NCBI GenBank assembly: GCA_038087875.1
Contig: CM075995.1
Coordinates: 1,552,001-1,616,000, forward strand
DNA from: Malacoraja senta
Taxonomy: Eukaryota
Length of the DNA stretch: 64,000 nt
Direction of reading: 5' to 3'
In this document: positions 23,707 to 34,760 of the stretch, one piece after another
Layout of the letters: each line of letters starts with the position of its first letter
Numbering within the stretch: the first letter of the stretch is position 1
Made by a program: the position numbers and the translations under genes
Notes under the pieces: generated by a model
What the model was told of the DNA's origin: nothing
Databases searched by the model: none
The model's input: the letters and a program-made list of their open reading frames with translations, nothing else

Positions 23707-25787
23707 ATATAAAAAGAAAAAGGGTGGCTAAGGTGAACGTTGGTCCATTGGAGGGTGAGACTGGAGAGTTGTTGGTGGGGAACATGGAAATGGCAAAGGC
23801 ATTAAACGAGTATTTTGTATCAGTCTTCACCATAGAAGACACAAAAAATATTCCAACGCTGGATAAACAGGGGGCGGTAGGAATGGAGGAGCTAAATACT
23901 ATTAAGATCACCAAGGAGGTGGTATTAGGGAAATTAATGAGACTGAAGGAGGATAAATCCCCTGGGCCTGATGGATTACATCCAAGGGTCTTGAGGGAGA
24001 TAGCGGTGGGGATTGTGGATGCATTGGTGATAATTTTCCAAAACTCCCTGGAGGCAGGAACGGTCCCAGTAGATTGGAAAATGGCCAATGTAACACCTAT
24101 ATTTAAAAAAGGAAGTAAACAGAAGGCGGGTAACTATAGACCGGTTAGTCTAACATCGGTGGTGGGTAAAATGTTAGAGACAATTATTAAAGAAACACTA
24201 ACGGGGCACTTGGATGGACATGACTTCATCGGACAGAACCAGCATGGTTTTGTGAAGGGGAAGTCCTGTTTAACGAATCTGCTCGAATTCTTTGAGGAAG
24301 TAACAACCCGGGTGGATAAAGGGGAACCGGTGGATGTGGTATACTTGGACTTCCAAAAGGCTTTTGACAAGGTGCCACATAAGAGACTATTGCTAAAAAT
24401 AAAAAATTATGGGATTGGGGGTAATATATTAGCATGGGTAGAGGATTGGCTAACAAATAGAAAGCAGAGAGTGGGGATAAATGGTTCATACTCGGGATGG
24501 CAACCGGTAACTAGCGGGGTTCCGCAAGGGTCGGTGCTGGGACCCCAGTTGTTCACAATTTATATAAATGATTTGGAGGAGGGAACCAAGTGTAATATAT
24601 CAAAATTTGCGGACGATACAAAAATGGGAGGAAAAGTAGGGGATGAGGAGGATAGGAAGAGTCTGCAAAAGGATATAGATAAGCTAGGTGAGTGGGCAAC
24701 AACTTGGCAGATGAAATTTAATACTAATAAATGTGAAGTCATTCACTTTGGGAAAAAAAATGATAGGGCAAGTTATTTTCTAAATGAGGTGGAGCTGCGT
24801 TGTAATGCAACGCAAAGGGATCTAGGGGTAGTAGTACATGAATCACTAAAAGTTAGTATGCAGGTGCAGCAAGCAATCAGGAAGGCCAATGGAGTTTTGG
24901 CCTTTATTGCTAGGGGGATTGAGTATAAAAACATGGAGGTCTTGCTGCAGCTGTACACAGTATTAGTGAGACCACATTTGGAATACTGTGTACAGTTCTG
25001 GGGTCCATACTTAAGAAAGGATGTACTGGCCCTGGAGGCAGTGCAGCGAAGGTTTACAAGATTAATTCCTGCAATGAGGGGATTGACATATGAGGAAAGG
25101 TTAAGTAGGCTGGAACTCTACTCTTTGGAGTTTAGAAGAATGAGAGGCGATCTCATTGAAACATATAAGATCGCGAGGGGCCTTGATCGGGTGGATGCAC
25201 CGAGGATGTTCCCAATGATCGGGGAAACTAGAACTAGGGGACATAGTTGTAGAATAAGAGGGGGCTCTTTTAAAACTGAGATGAGGAAGAACTTCTTCAC
25301 CCAGAGGGTGGTTAATTTATGGAATTCACTGCCCCAGGGAGCAGTGGAAGCAGAAACATTAAATATATTTATGTCTAAAATAGATGGGTTTTTAGCTGCC
25401 AAGGGGATAAGGGGCTACGGGGAGAGAGCAGGGATATGGACCTAGGTATGGTTAGTATAGTAAGACCTGAGTGATCTCCTGGACAAGTGTCGATCGCCTG
25501 GATTGGGGTCGGAGAGGAATTTCCCGGATTTTTTTCCCGAATTGGACCTGGGTTTTTATCCGTTTTTTTGCCTCCCCCAGGAGATCACGCGGTTCTTGGG
25601 GTGGAGAGGGGTGATAGCGATATAAAGGGGAGGGTAGTATCTTGTGTTCTGTGTCTTGTGTCTACTGTTTGTGGGTAAGGGTGTCTGTTTAGTGTTCAGC
25701 CATGAGCGAATGGCGGTGCGGGCTCGATGGGCCTGGTGGTCTACTCTCGCACCTACTTTCTATGTTTCTATGTTTCTATGTTTCTAT
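23707..25787 (+). mobile_element. Young 5'-truncated CR1 LINE
   Basis: Open ORF2, a 3'UTR of about 310 bp, (tttctatg)n tail. Confidence 0.95.
23724..25445 (+). CDS. CR1 ORF2 reverse transcriptase (573 aa open, no endonuclease)
   Basis: QHGF, YLDFQKAFD, GVPQGSVLGP, FADDTK, RDLGV, all uninterrupted. Confidence 0.93.
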   Translation: MAKVNVGPLEGETGELLVGNMEMAKALNEYFVSVFTIEDTKNIPTLDKQGAVGMEELNTIKITKEVVLGKLMRLKEDKSPGPDGLHPRVLREIAVGIVDALVIIFQNSLEAGTVPVDWKMANVTPIFKKGSKQKAGNYRPVSLTSVVGKMLETIIKETLTGHLDGHDFIGQNQHGFVKGKSCLTNLLEFFEEVTTRVDKGEPVDVVYLDFQKAFDKVPHKRLLLKIKNYGIGGNILAWVEDWLTNRKQRVGINGSYSGWQPVTSGVPQGSVLGPQLFTIYINDLEEGTKCNISKFADDTKMGGKVGDEEDRKSLQKDIDKLGEWATTWQMKFNTNKCEVIHFGKKNDRASYFLNEVELRCNATQRDLGVVVHESLKVSMQVQQAIRKANGVLAFIARGIEYKNMEVLLQLYTVLVRPHLEYCVQFWGPYLRKDVLALEAVQRRFTRLIPAMRGLTYEERLSRLELYSLEFRRMRGDLIETYKIARGLDRVDAPRMFPMIGETRTRGHSCRIRGGSFKTEMRKNFFTQRVVNLWNSLPQGAVEAETLNIFMSKIDGFLAAKGIRGYGERAGIWT

Positions 25788-26369
25788 GTCTCCGATGAGG
25801 TCGATAGCAGCTGTTCTCTGGTTGTGGTAGGATGGTTCAGTTGCCTGATAACAGGTGGGAAGAAACTCTCCCTGAATCTGGAGGTGTGCGTTTTCACACC
25901 TATTGCCCGATGGGAGAGGAGAGAAGAGGGAGTGGCCGCGGTGCGACTGGTCCTTGATAATGCCGCTGGCCTTGCCGAGGCAGCGCGAGGTGTAAATGGA
26001 GTCAATAGTAGGGAGGTTGGTTTGTGCGATGGTCCGGGCTGCGTCCGCAATTCTCTGCGATTTCTTGCGGTCCTGGATGGAGCTGTTCCCATAAATAGCA
26101 ATTACCAGATTATACGTAAGTTGCGCATTTTGCTTTGCATTTTGTAAGCGTCAGTAAGTGATCGACGGGCTTGGATTGGGGACGGAGGGAGATGAGAGAG
26201 TTGTAGATAGTGACAGAAGGGTGAAGGGAGTCGTTTGATGTTGTTTCTGTTCTCCATGATGCCCCTCAGTAAAATCATTCGGAAACTCATTATCATTTCC
26301 TATAATTGTTCTTGAGATACTCAGCCCTGCGGTACCACCATAAATGTTCATATTGTGTGTTTCAAAGGC

Positions 26370-26655
26370 ATCTGATGGGGGGGGATGGGAGGGGGACCTG
26401 TCCCCCCATGTATTGAGAGGTGGGGGACAATTCCCCCCATGTTTTGTGACCTGGGCGCTACAGCCAGTTGCAGGTCGCGCCCACGTCACCTGCGTGCCCC
26501 GGGACTGGCTGTAGCGCCCACGTCACCTGCGTGCCCCGGGACTGGCTGCAGTTCCCAGGTCGCAAAAACAAATTGAAAAAGAATACGCCTGCGGGCCGGA
26601 TGATTTCAGGTTACGGGCCGGATCTGGCCCGTGGGCCGTAGGTTGCCGACACGTG
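26370..26655. mobile_element. hAT-like non-autonomous element end with an internal tandem duplication
   Basis: Subterminal gggccgga..ggcccgtgggccgtaggttgccgacac; two copies of gcgcccacgtcacctgcgtgccccgggactggctg. Confidence 0.45.
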
Positions 26656-27318
26656 TCCTAGACGCCAGGCCTCATTGTATCTCCCCCCCCCCCCCCTATG
26701 TTTTAAAAGCGATTTCCGCCCATGCTGGTGGAATAGAAATTTCCTCCAACTTAGCATTGTGAGCAAACTATTGTCCGTGGTATCCATACAATCAATTTGG
26801 GGGTGGGGAGGGGAGGTTGGGAGAAAGATGGAAGAGAGAAGGGGTAGGACTAAGTCTGGTGGGTAATGGGCTTATGCAGGTGAGGGGGGTGGGAAGGGTT
26901 TGAAGGAGATATTGTTTCTTTTTTTAGTTTAGTGTAGTTTAGAGGTACAGCGCGGCAACAGGCCCTTCGGCCCACCAAGTCCATGCCGTCCAGCGATCCC
27001 CGCACACAAATTGGGGACAATTTACATTTATACCAAGCCAATTAGCCTTTAAACCTTTACATCTTTGGAGTGTGGGAGGAAACCAGAGATCCCAGAGAAC
27101 GGTTTTGAGAGGGAAAGATAGATCAGCCATGATTGAATGGCGGACTAGACTTGATGGGCCAAATGGCCTGATTCTGCTCCTATGACTTATGAACATGAAC
27201 TTAAATACAAGAAAAGGCATAAAATGCTGTAGTACCTCAGCGGGTCATGGATAGGTGAAGTTTCCTTGATGGTCCTAACCCGAAACCTCACCTATCTATG
27301 TTCTCCAGGGATGCTGCC

Positions 27319-27518
27319 NNNNNNNNNNNNNNNNNNNNNNNNNNNNNNNNNNNNNNNNNNNNNNNNNNNNNNNNNNNNNNNNNNNNNNNNNNNNNNNNNN
27401 NNNNNNNNNNNNNNNNNNNNNNNNNNNNNNNNNNNNNNNNNNNNNNNNNNNNNNNNNNNNNNNNNNNNNNNNNNNNNNNNNNNNNNNNNNNNNNNNNNNN
27501 NNNNNNNNNNNNNNNNNN
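27319..27518. other. Assembly gap (200 N)
   Basis: Run of exactly 200 N. Confidence 1.
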
Positions 27519-28370
27519 CACCTATCTATGTTGGCTCCAGGGAATTCACCTGACCCGCTGAGGTACTCCTGCGTTGTGTGCCTTTCCTTGGTAAACCAGC
27601 ATCTGCAGTTCCTTGTTTCGACATTCTTAAATACAAAGTGTAAACCCATTATTATGTGCAGGAAGGAACTGCAGATGCTGGTTTAAACCGAAGATAGACA
27701 CAAAATGCTGGAGTAACTCAGCGGGACAGGCAGTATCTCTGGAGAGAAGGAATGGGTGACGTTTCGGGTCGAGACCCTTACATTCAGTTGAAAGTCCCCA
27801 TTGTTTGACATTTCTTATATTGTATCGAGATTTCTTGAAAAGAAAATAAATCGAGTAAAATTCGGATTTCCTGAAATAACACAAGTTACCCATAACTCAA
27901 AAATAATATGTCAGGACAAAGTTTGTGTTATTCATTACAGGAGATTTCCTTCTTGGTTCCAAATAAAATATAACACACTACTTGTCACACACTTACCCTG
28001 CTTCATTAAAATACGGAATATAGATTGTTGAATAAAATAAAAATTGTAAGATTATTGCAATATAGATCTGGCCATTCTGCCCTTTGCATCTATGCTGGTT
28101 TCTGGTAGCTTAATCCAATCACTCCCATTATCCTGATCTTCACCTCTTTGTTTCCTATCATCGCTAGTCTTTGTCACTTTCTCCACCCATCTGCCTCACC
28201 TGTATCCACCTATCACTTGACACGCTTTGTCCCACCTCTACCTCCCTTTCCAGGTTTACGCCTCGACCCGAAACGTCACCCATTCCTTCTCTCCAGAGAT
28301 GCTGCCTGACCCACTGAGTTACTCCAGCTTTTTGTGACACCGGTCCCTAGACCTCCTCCCCCGACAGTCC

Positions 28371-28703
28371 TTTCAGGTTAGGCAGAGGTTCACTTGCACC
28401 TCCTCCAACCTCATCCACTGTATCCTTTGTTCAAGATGTGGACTCTTACACATCGGCGAGACCAAACGCAGACTGGGCGATCGTTTCGCGGAACACCTTC
28501 GCTCAGCCCGCCTGAACCAAACTGATCTCCCGGTTGCTGGACACTTTAATTCTCCTTCCCATTCCTACACAGACCTTTCTGTCCTTGGTCTCCTCCATTG
28601 TCAGAGTGAGGTTAAATGCAAATTGGAGGAACAGCATCTTATATTTTGCTTGGGCAGCTTACAGCCCAGTGGTATGAATATTGATTTCTTTAACTTCAAG
28701 TAA
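28371..28703 (+). pseudogene. Penelope-like GIY-YIG endonuclease domain (absent from ORF track, no start codon)
   Basis: FQVRQRFTCTSSNLIHCILCSRCGLLHIGETKRRLGDRFAEHLRS...VAGHFN...LEEQHLIFCLGSLQPSGMNIDF. Confidence 0.9.
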
Positions 28704-28765
28704 CCCCGGCATTCCCTCTCTCTCTATCCCTCCCCATCCAAGTCGCTCTAGCTTCTCGTTTTCAC

Positions 28766-28793
28766 CTGAAGAAGGGTTTCGGCCCGAAACGTT
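28766..28793 (+). ncRNA. Minimal hammerhead motif
   Basis: CUGAAGA-A-GGGU(UUCG)GCCC-GAAAC-GUU. Confidence 0.7.
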
Positions 28794-29071
28794 GCCTATT
28801 TCCTTCGCTCCATAGATGCTGCCTCACCCGCTGAGTTTCTCCAGCATTTATGTCTACCAGCTAACAATGGCCTGTTTCCTTTATCATCGTTGTTTTTTTT
28901 GCATATCTTTCATTCATTGTTCGATATCTCTCGACATCATCGTCTATATCCCTCGTTTCCCTTTCCCGTAACTTTCAGTATGAAGAAGGGTCTCGGCCCG
29001 AAAGGTCACCCATATCTTCTCTCCATAGATGCTGCCTGACCCACTGAGTTACTCCAGCTTTCTGTGTCTTA

Positions 29072-29596
29072 AGGGCCTGTCCCACTTGCATGCGATTGCG
29101 TGCGTTTGGCGCGACCAAACGGAAGCGGAGTTCACGCTAAGTGCGCGCTAAGTACGCGCTAAGTACGCGCGTGACGTCATTTGCGTCATGCTGACCAATC
29201 AGCTGGGCAGGAGGCGGGCCGACTGAATTTGGGCTTCGCACGGTGTTGGGTGGTGACGTCATCACGCTACGCCACGCCGGGCGGTGACGTCATCGCGCAA
29301 CGCCACGCGCTAGGCGTACACCATCAAGATGCTGTGTACGACGTCAAGATGCTGCGTACGACGTCAAGATGCTGCGTACGACCGCAATGCGCCTGCGAGC
29401 CGACAGGCCATTGGCGCGCGAAATTTTTAGACACCGCAGGAATTTCGGAGCCCCGCGCGATGTCGGGACCAGCCCCGCAGAACTCCATACGCCTCCGCGC
29501 CTCTAAGTGGGACCGGCCCCGCGAGGCCCGTACTCGTCAAGCAACCACGAGGTCGCGTAATTTGCGAGCCAAGGTCGCGTAAGAGGGACAGGCCCT
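29072..29596. mobile_element. PIF/Harbinger-like MITE
   Basis: TIR agggcctgtccc / gggacaggccct, TWA flanks; same family as 34001-34568. Confidence 0.8.
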
Positions 29597-29974
29597 TAAC
29601 TTTCTTTTCCAGCTTTTTCCCCCCTGCACCAGGCAGTCTGAAGAATGGTCTCGGCCTGAAACGTCGCCTGCCCATTCCCCCCCAGATGCTGCCTGACCTG
29701 TTGCATTCCTCCAGCACTTTGTGTTTTACTCATGAATTCCCCTAGAGAGGAATAGATAATGTGAACTATTTTACCCAGAGTAGGGTAATCAAGAACCAGA
29801 GGATATAGGTTTAAGGTGCGAGGGGAAAGATTACATGGTTACAGGGAAAAGGTTTAATAGGAACCCGAGCGATTACTTTTCACACAAAGGTTGATGAATA
29901 GAAATGGAACGAGCTGTCAGAGGAAGTGTGAAAACGCACATCTCCTGATAACATCAAGGGATAGTTTCTTCCTT

Positions 29975-30068
29975 CTGAAGAAGGGTTTCGGCCCGAAACG
30001 TTGCCTATTTCCTTCGCTCCATAGATGCTGCTGCACCCGCTGAGTTTCTCCAGCATTTTTGTGTACCT
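29975..30068 (+). mobile_element. Penelope-derived short repeat starting at the hammerhead core, 14-bp TSD
   Basis: TSD atagtttcttcctt (29961-29974, 30069-30082); core at 29975-30002. Confidence 0.82.
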
Positions 30069-30615
30069 ATAGTTTCTTCCTTGATGTTATCAGGCAACTG
30101 AATCATTCTACCACAACAGTCCCGAACTACTATCTACCTCATTGGTGACCCTCGGACTATCTTTGATTGGACTTTACTGGCTTAACCTTGCACTAAATGT
30201 TATTCCCTTATCTTACATCTATACACTGTAAATGGCTCAATTGCAATCATGTATTGTCTTTTCACTGACTGGTTAGCACTCAACAACAGTTTTTCACTGT
30301 ACAGGTGACAATAAATTGAACCGAAACTGAAACTGAAACTGAAACTAGTTGAAGAAGATACAATAACATTCACAATTCACTTGGACAGGTACATGGATAG
30401 AAACGTTTTTGAGGTGACATGTAACTAAGGTTGATTAACTGGTCATTACCTCATTGCTAGACCACGAGCAGTGTACACATTTTCCGCTATGACTCCTATA
30501 TCGCAACAGTGATGAGCTGCTAAAGTCTTCTTGCGTTTATTGAGCATTGGGACATCCTGAGGTTGCAATTAATACTTTATTAAGGCAAGAGGGGCAAGGT
30601 TCAATAGGAACCTGA

Positions 30616-31492
30616 AGCCCCTGTCCCACTTAGGAGACCTAAACAGCAACCTCTGGTGACCTTGCCCGCCCGCCACCCAAGGTTTCCATGAGGTCACCGG
30701 AGGTTTTGGTCACTCTCCCTAATGGTCGAAAGTGGTTTCCGCGTGGTCGAGGCTTCATCTAGGTTGCTGCTATTTTTTCATCAAGATTAAAACCGGCCTC
30801 GACTAAAAATAGGTTAAGAAATAGACCCTAGAAAAGAAAGAGAAAAAGAAAGAGGAAAAAGAGAGAAACAAATATTTTTATGAGCATTACGCAAATGGGA
30901 CATACCAACTCTTCAACTATCATCCCCCCTACCCTGACCTCAATTTTTTTTTTTAAAGGTACCTTTGCACCCTATATTTGTAATAATTCTATAAATGCAG
31001 ACCACGTCAGGTGGAAGTGATCTGGTTTACCTGCTAGGAGGAGTCTTATCTCTTCTAGGTGTAATGTTTCGAACATATTTGAAATCCACATGTTTATAGT
31101 TGGTATTGGAGCCTTCTTCCAAAATTTTAGAATTAGCTTTTTTCCAGTTATTAACCCATAGTCTATTAGTTTCTTTTGAAACACATTTAGTTCTGGACCA
31201 TCTTCCGTTATTCCGAAGATAATCCATTCTGCTTTGGGTATCAGTCTTATTTTAAATAACTTTGTAAAGATTTCAAAAATTTCATTCCAAAATTTTTGAA
31301 TTTTTGTACAATCGATACTTTTTTAGTCGCAGGTCTAGTCGAAGCCGGTTTTCTTCATAGTCGAGGAAGGTTTTCAACATATGCGTGGGAGGTGGTAGGA
31401 GGTTGCAGGTCACTTCGACCTTGATTTTTTTTTGGGTGGCGGGCAAGGTCACCAGAGGTTACCGTTTAGGTCTCCTAAGTGGGACAGGGGCA
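30616..31492. mobile_element. PIF/Harbinger-like MITE with TGA TSD
   Basis: TIRs of about 55 bp, tga at 30613-30615 and 31493-31495; host CR1 rejoins. Confidence 0.85.
30815..31312 (-). mobile_element. L1 3' fragment nested in the MITE
   Basis: YGLITGKKLILKFWK...ETLHLEEIR, homologous to 12435-12780. Confidence 0.85.
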
Positions 31493-31834
31493 TGAGGGAC
31501 ATCTTTTTCACACAGAGGGTGATGGGTGTATGGAACGAGCTGCCAGAGGAGATAGTTGAGGCATGTATTGCAACAGCTTTTAAAAGACACTTGGACAGGT
31601 TTAGTTTAGTTTATAGTTTAGAGAAACAGTACGGAAACAGGCCTTTCAGCTCACCGAGTCCATGCTGACCAACGATCACCCATTCACACTAGTTCTTGCC
31701 TACCAACTCAGAGCCAAATTACAGAAGCCAATTTACTTACAAACCTGCTCATCTTTGGAGTGTGAGAGGAAACCAGAGCACCCGTAAAAAACCCACGCAG
31801 TCACAGGGAGGAATAGGAATAGGAATACTTTATT

Positions 31835-32300
31835 AGATACATAGAAAATAGGTGCAGGAGTAGGCCATTCGGCCCTTCGAGCCTGCACCGCCATTCAATA
31901 TGATCATGGCTGATCATCCAACTCAGTATCCCGTACCTGCCTTCTCTCCATATCCCCTGATCCCCTTAGCCACAAGGGCCACATCTAACTCCCTCTTAAA
32001 TATAGCCAATGAACTGGCCTCAACTACCCTCTGTGGCAGAGAGTTCCAGAGATTCACCACTCTCTGTGTGAAAAAGTTTTTCCTCATCTCGGTCTTAAAG
32101 GATTTCCCCCTTATCCTTAAGCTGTGACCCCTTGTCCTGGACTTCCCCAACATCGGGAACAATCTTCCTGCATCTAGCCTGTCCAACCCCATAAGAATTT
32201 TGTACGTTTCTATAAGATCCCCTCTCAATCTCCTAAATTCTAGCGAGTACAAGCCAAGTCTATCCAGTCTTTCTTCATATGAAAGTCCTGACATCCCAGG
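31835..32300 (-). mobile_element. CR1 3' fragment
   Basis: 123-aa ORF2 C-terminus plus UTR. Confidence 0.9.
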
Positions 32301-33675
32301 TCACATGTCACATCCCAGGTCACATCCCAGGTCACATGTCACATCCCAGGTCACATTATTGTCACATGTGACAAAGCACAGTGAGATTCTTTGCTTGCAT
32401 ACACAATGTAAGAAGGTACAAACTCCGTACGGACAGCAACCATAGTCAGGATTGAACGCGGGTCTCTGGCGCTGTGAGGCAGCAACTCCACCGTTGCAAC
32501 ACTGTGCCATCCCTAAGGTACTTGGATAGGAAAGGTTTAGAGCAACGTAGGCCAAATGCAGGCAAATGAGACTGGCTTAGATGGGGGGCATGTTGGTTGG
32601 CCATGGACAAGTTGGGCTGAAGGGCCTGTTTCCCTGATGCATGACTCCATGACTCTAATTCATTCTTCCTACCTGTTACTTGGTACAGTATGGTGCATTG
32701 TTGCAAGGACCGGCTACATTATATTCTCCACGTGCTATTAATGTGACTTTGCTTCTTTAGAAAGAGGTGGCACATGTTGAGTCTGGACCTGCCAGTGCTT
32801 TGGGGACACAGGTGAGGAGATAATGCAGGACTGGTGGAATAAGTCAATATTACCCATCATTGGAGCTAGTCGCTTGGAGCACAGGCGGATGAGCAGTGAT
32901 CTTATAGCCATGTGCAAAATCATGAGAGGAATAGATCGGGCAGACGCACAGAGTCTCTTGCCCAGTGTAGGGGAATCGGGAACCAGAGGTTTAATTGGAA
33001 TCTGAGGGGTACCTTTCTCACACAAAGTCAAGTCAAGTCACTTTTACTTCTATAGCACATTTAAAAAACAACTCTCGTTGGCCAAAGTGCTTTACATTGG
33101 TGGAGGTACTAAGGTTATACAACAGTGGTTCATAGATTAAGTACATACATAAATACATACATATAGCCCTCCCTCAGAGGACGTCAAGTAAGTCAAAGGG
33201 TGGTGGGTGCATGCTAGAGGAGGTAGTTGAGGCAGGGGCTATGTTTGAAAAACAATTGGACAGGTACATGGACAGCACAGGTTTAGAGCGATATGGGCCA
33301 AACGCACGCTGGTGGGACTCGTGTGGTTGGGGCATGTTAGTTGGTGTGGGCAAGTTGGGCCAAATGGCCTGTTTCCACGCTGTATCTCTTTATGACTCTA
33401 TTATCACCTCCACAATACTGGGCATGCAGGCAGGGGAAGGCAGGCAGCCACAGTGCAAGGAGAAGTACAAGTCCGTCAATCTTTTCAAAGCCAATGCCGG
33501 GTTGGCAGCTGATGAAGAGGAGAGGTCTTGCCAGTTCCCGTCTCTGCCGTGTTCTCAGACACCACGTGATTTGCCAAGATGCCGGAAGGACGATTCCTGC
33601 CCGACATGTTGTTGACCCTGTGTGCAGGAAGCAACTGCAGCAGATGCCAGTTTAAACTGAAGATAGACACAAGAG

Positions 33676-33996
33676 ATATGGAAGGTAGACAAAAGTGCTG
33701 GAGAAACTCAGCTGGGTGCGGCAACATCTATGGAGCGAAGGAAATAGGCAACGTTTCGGGCCAAAACCCTTCTTCAGACCCTCTTCGGAGGGAGGAGGAG
33801 AACTTCTTCAAAGTAGGCATACCTTGAGGAGATTTCGCAGTGGAGCAGACAAAATGTTTAAGAAGGAACTGCAGATGCTGGAAAATCGAAGGTAGATAAA
33901 AGTGCTGGAGAAACTCAGCGGGTGCAGCAGCATCTATGGAGCGAAGGAAATAGGCAACGTTTCAGGCCAAAACCCTTCTTCAGACCATATGGAAGG
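33676..33996 (-). mobile_element. Partial tandem of Penelope pLTRs with two hammerhead motifs
   Basis: Direct repeats at 33681-33780 and 33888-33986; cores at 33750-33777 and 33956-33983; atatggaagg at both ends. Confidence 0.75.
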
Positions 33997-34000
33997 GTAA

Positions 34001-34568
34001 AGGGCCTGTCCCACCAACATGCGATTGCATGCGTCTAGCGCGACCAAACGTGGTCGCTTGAGGCGTACGGCCTCGCGGGGCCGGTCCCACTTCCAACCGC
34101 GGAGCCGTATGGAATTGTGCGGGACTGGTCCCGACATCATACTCACCAATCAGCTGGGCAGGAGGCGGGCCGACTGAATTTGGACGTCGCACGGCGTCGG
34201 GAGGTAACGTCATCACGCAACGGCACGCCGGACGGTGACGTCATCGCACAACGCCACGCACTAGGCGTACGCCGTCAAGACGCTGCATATGGCGTCAAGA
34301 CGCTGCGTACGACATCGAGACGTTGCGTACGCCCGTCGAGGCGCTTTGTACAGCCTCAATGTGGCTGCGGGCCGACAGGCCGTTGTCATGTGGGATTTTC
34401 GGACAGTGCAAGATTTTTGGAGCCCCGCGCGATGACGGGACCAGCCCCGCACAACTCCATACGCCTCCAGCGATCGAAGTGGGACCAGCCCCGCGAGGCC
34501 GTACGCCTAAAGCGACCACGTTTGGTCGCGCTAGACGCATGCTATCGCATGCTGGTGGGACAGCCCCT
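34001..34568. mobile_element. PIF/Harbinger-like MITE with TAA TSD
   Basis: Long TIRs agggcctgtcccaccaacatgcga...; taa on both sides. Confidence 0.85.
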
Positions 34569-34760
34569 TAAGGTGTGAAAACGACAGATCAAGCAGACAA
34601 TGTAGAACGATTGATTGTCAGCTAAGGGGAAGGTGACAAGGAGTTGCATTGTTGCTGGCTTTGACTTGTCCTTTTGTGTACCTTTCATTCATTTATTCTT
34701 TGTACCTCTTTGTGTCGCTAGTATCCCTCTCCCCTGGCTCTCAGTCTGAAGAAGGGTCTC

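Larger units (their letters stand above)
23455..26090 (-). mobile_element. Rex-type 3' fragment hosting the young CR1
   Basis: FRESFFPPVIRQLNH; the UTR rejoins across 23707-25787 (gtct on both sides). Confidence 0.65.
28130..29068 (+). mobile_element. Penelope-like element 3' portion (pLTR, endonuclease, pLTR)
   Basis: GIY-YIG domain between two hammerhead-bearing pseudo-LTR repeats. Confidence 0.85.

Noticed and set aside
27289..27545. cacctatctatgtt duplicated on both sides of the gap
   Set aside because: A common repeat at a scaffold join; uninformative or an assembly effect.
29335..29385. Short direct repeats (cgtcaagatgctgcgtacga) as a CRISPR-like array
   Set aside because: Adjacent tandem units with no spacers, inside a MITE in eukaryotic DNA.
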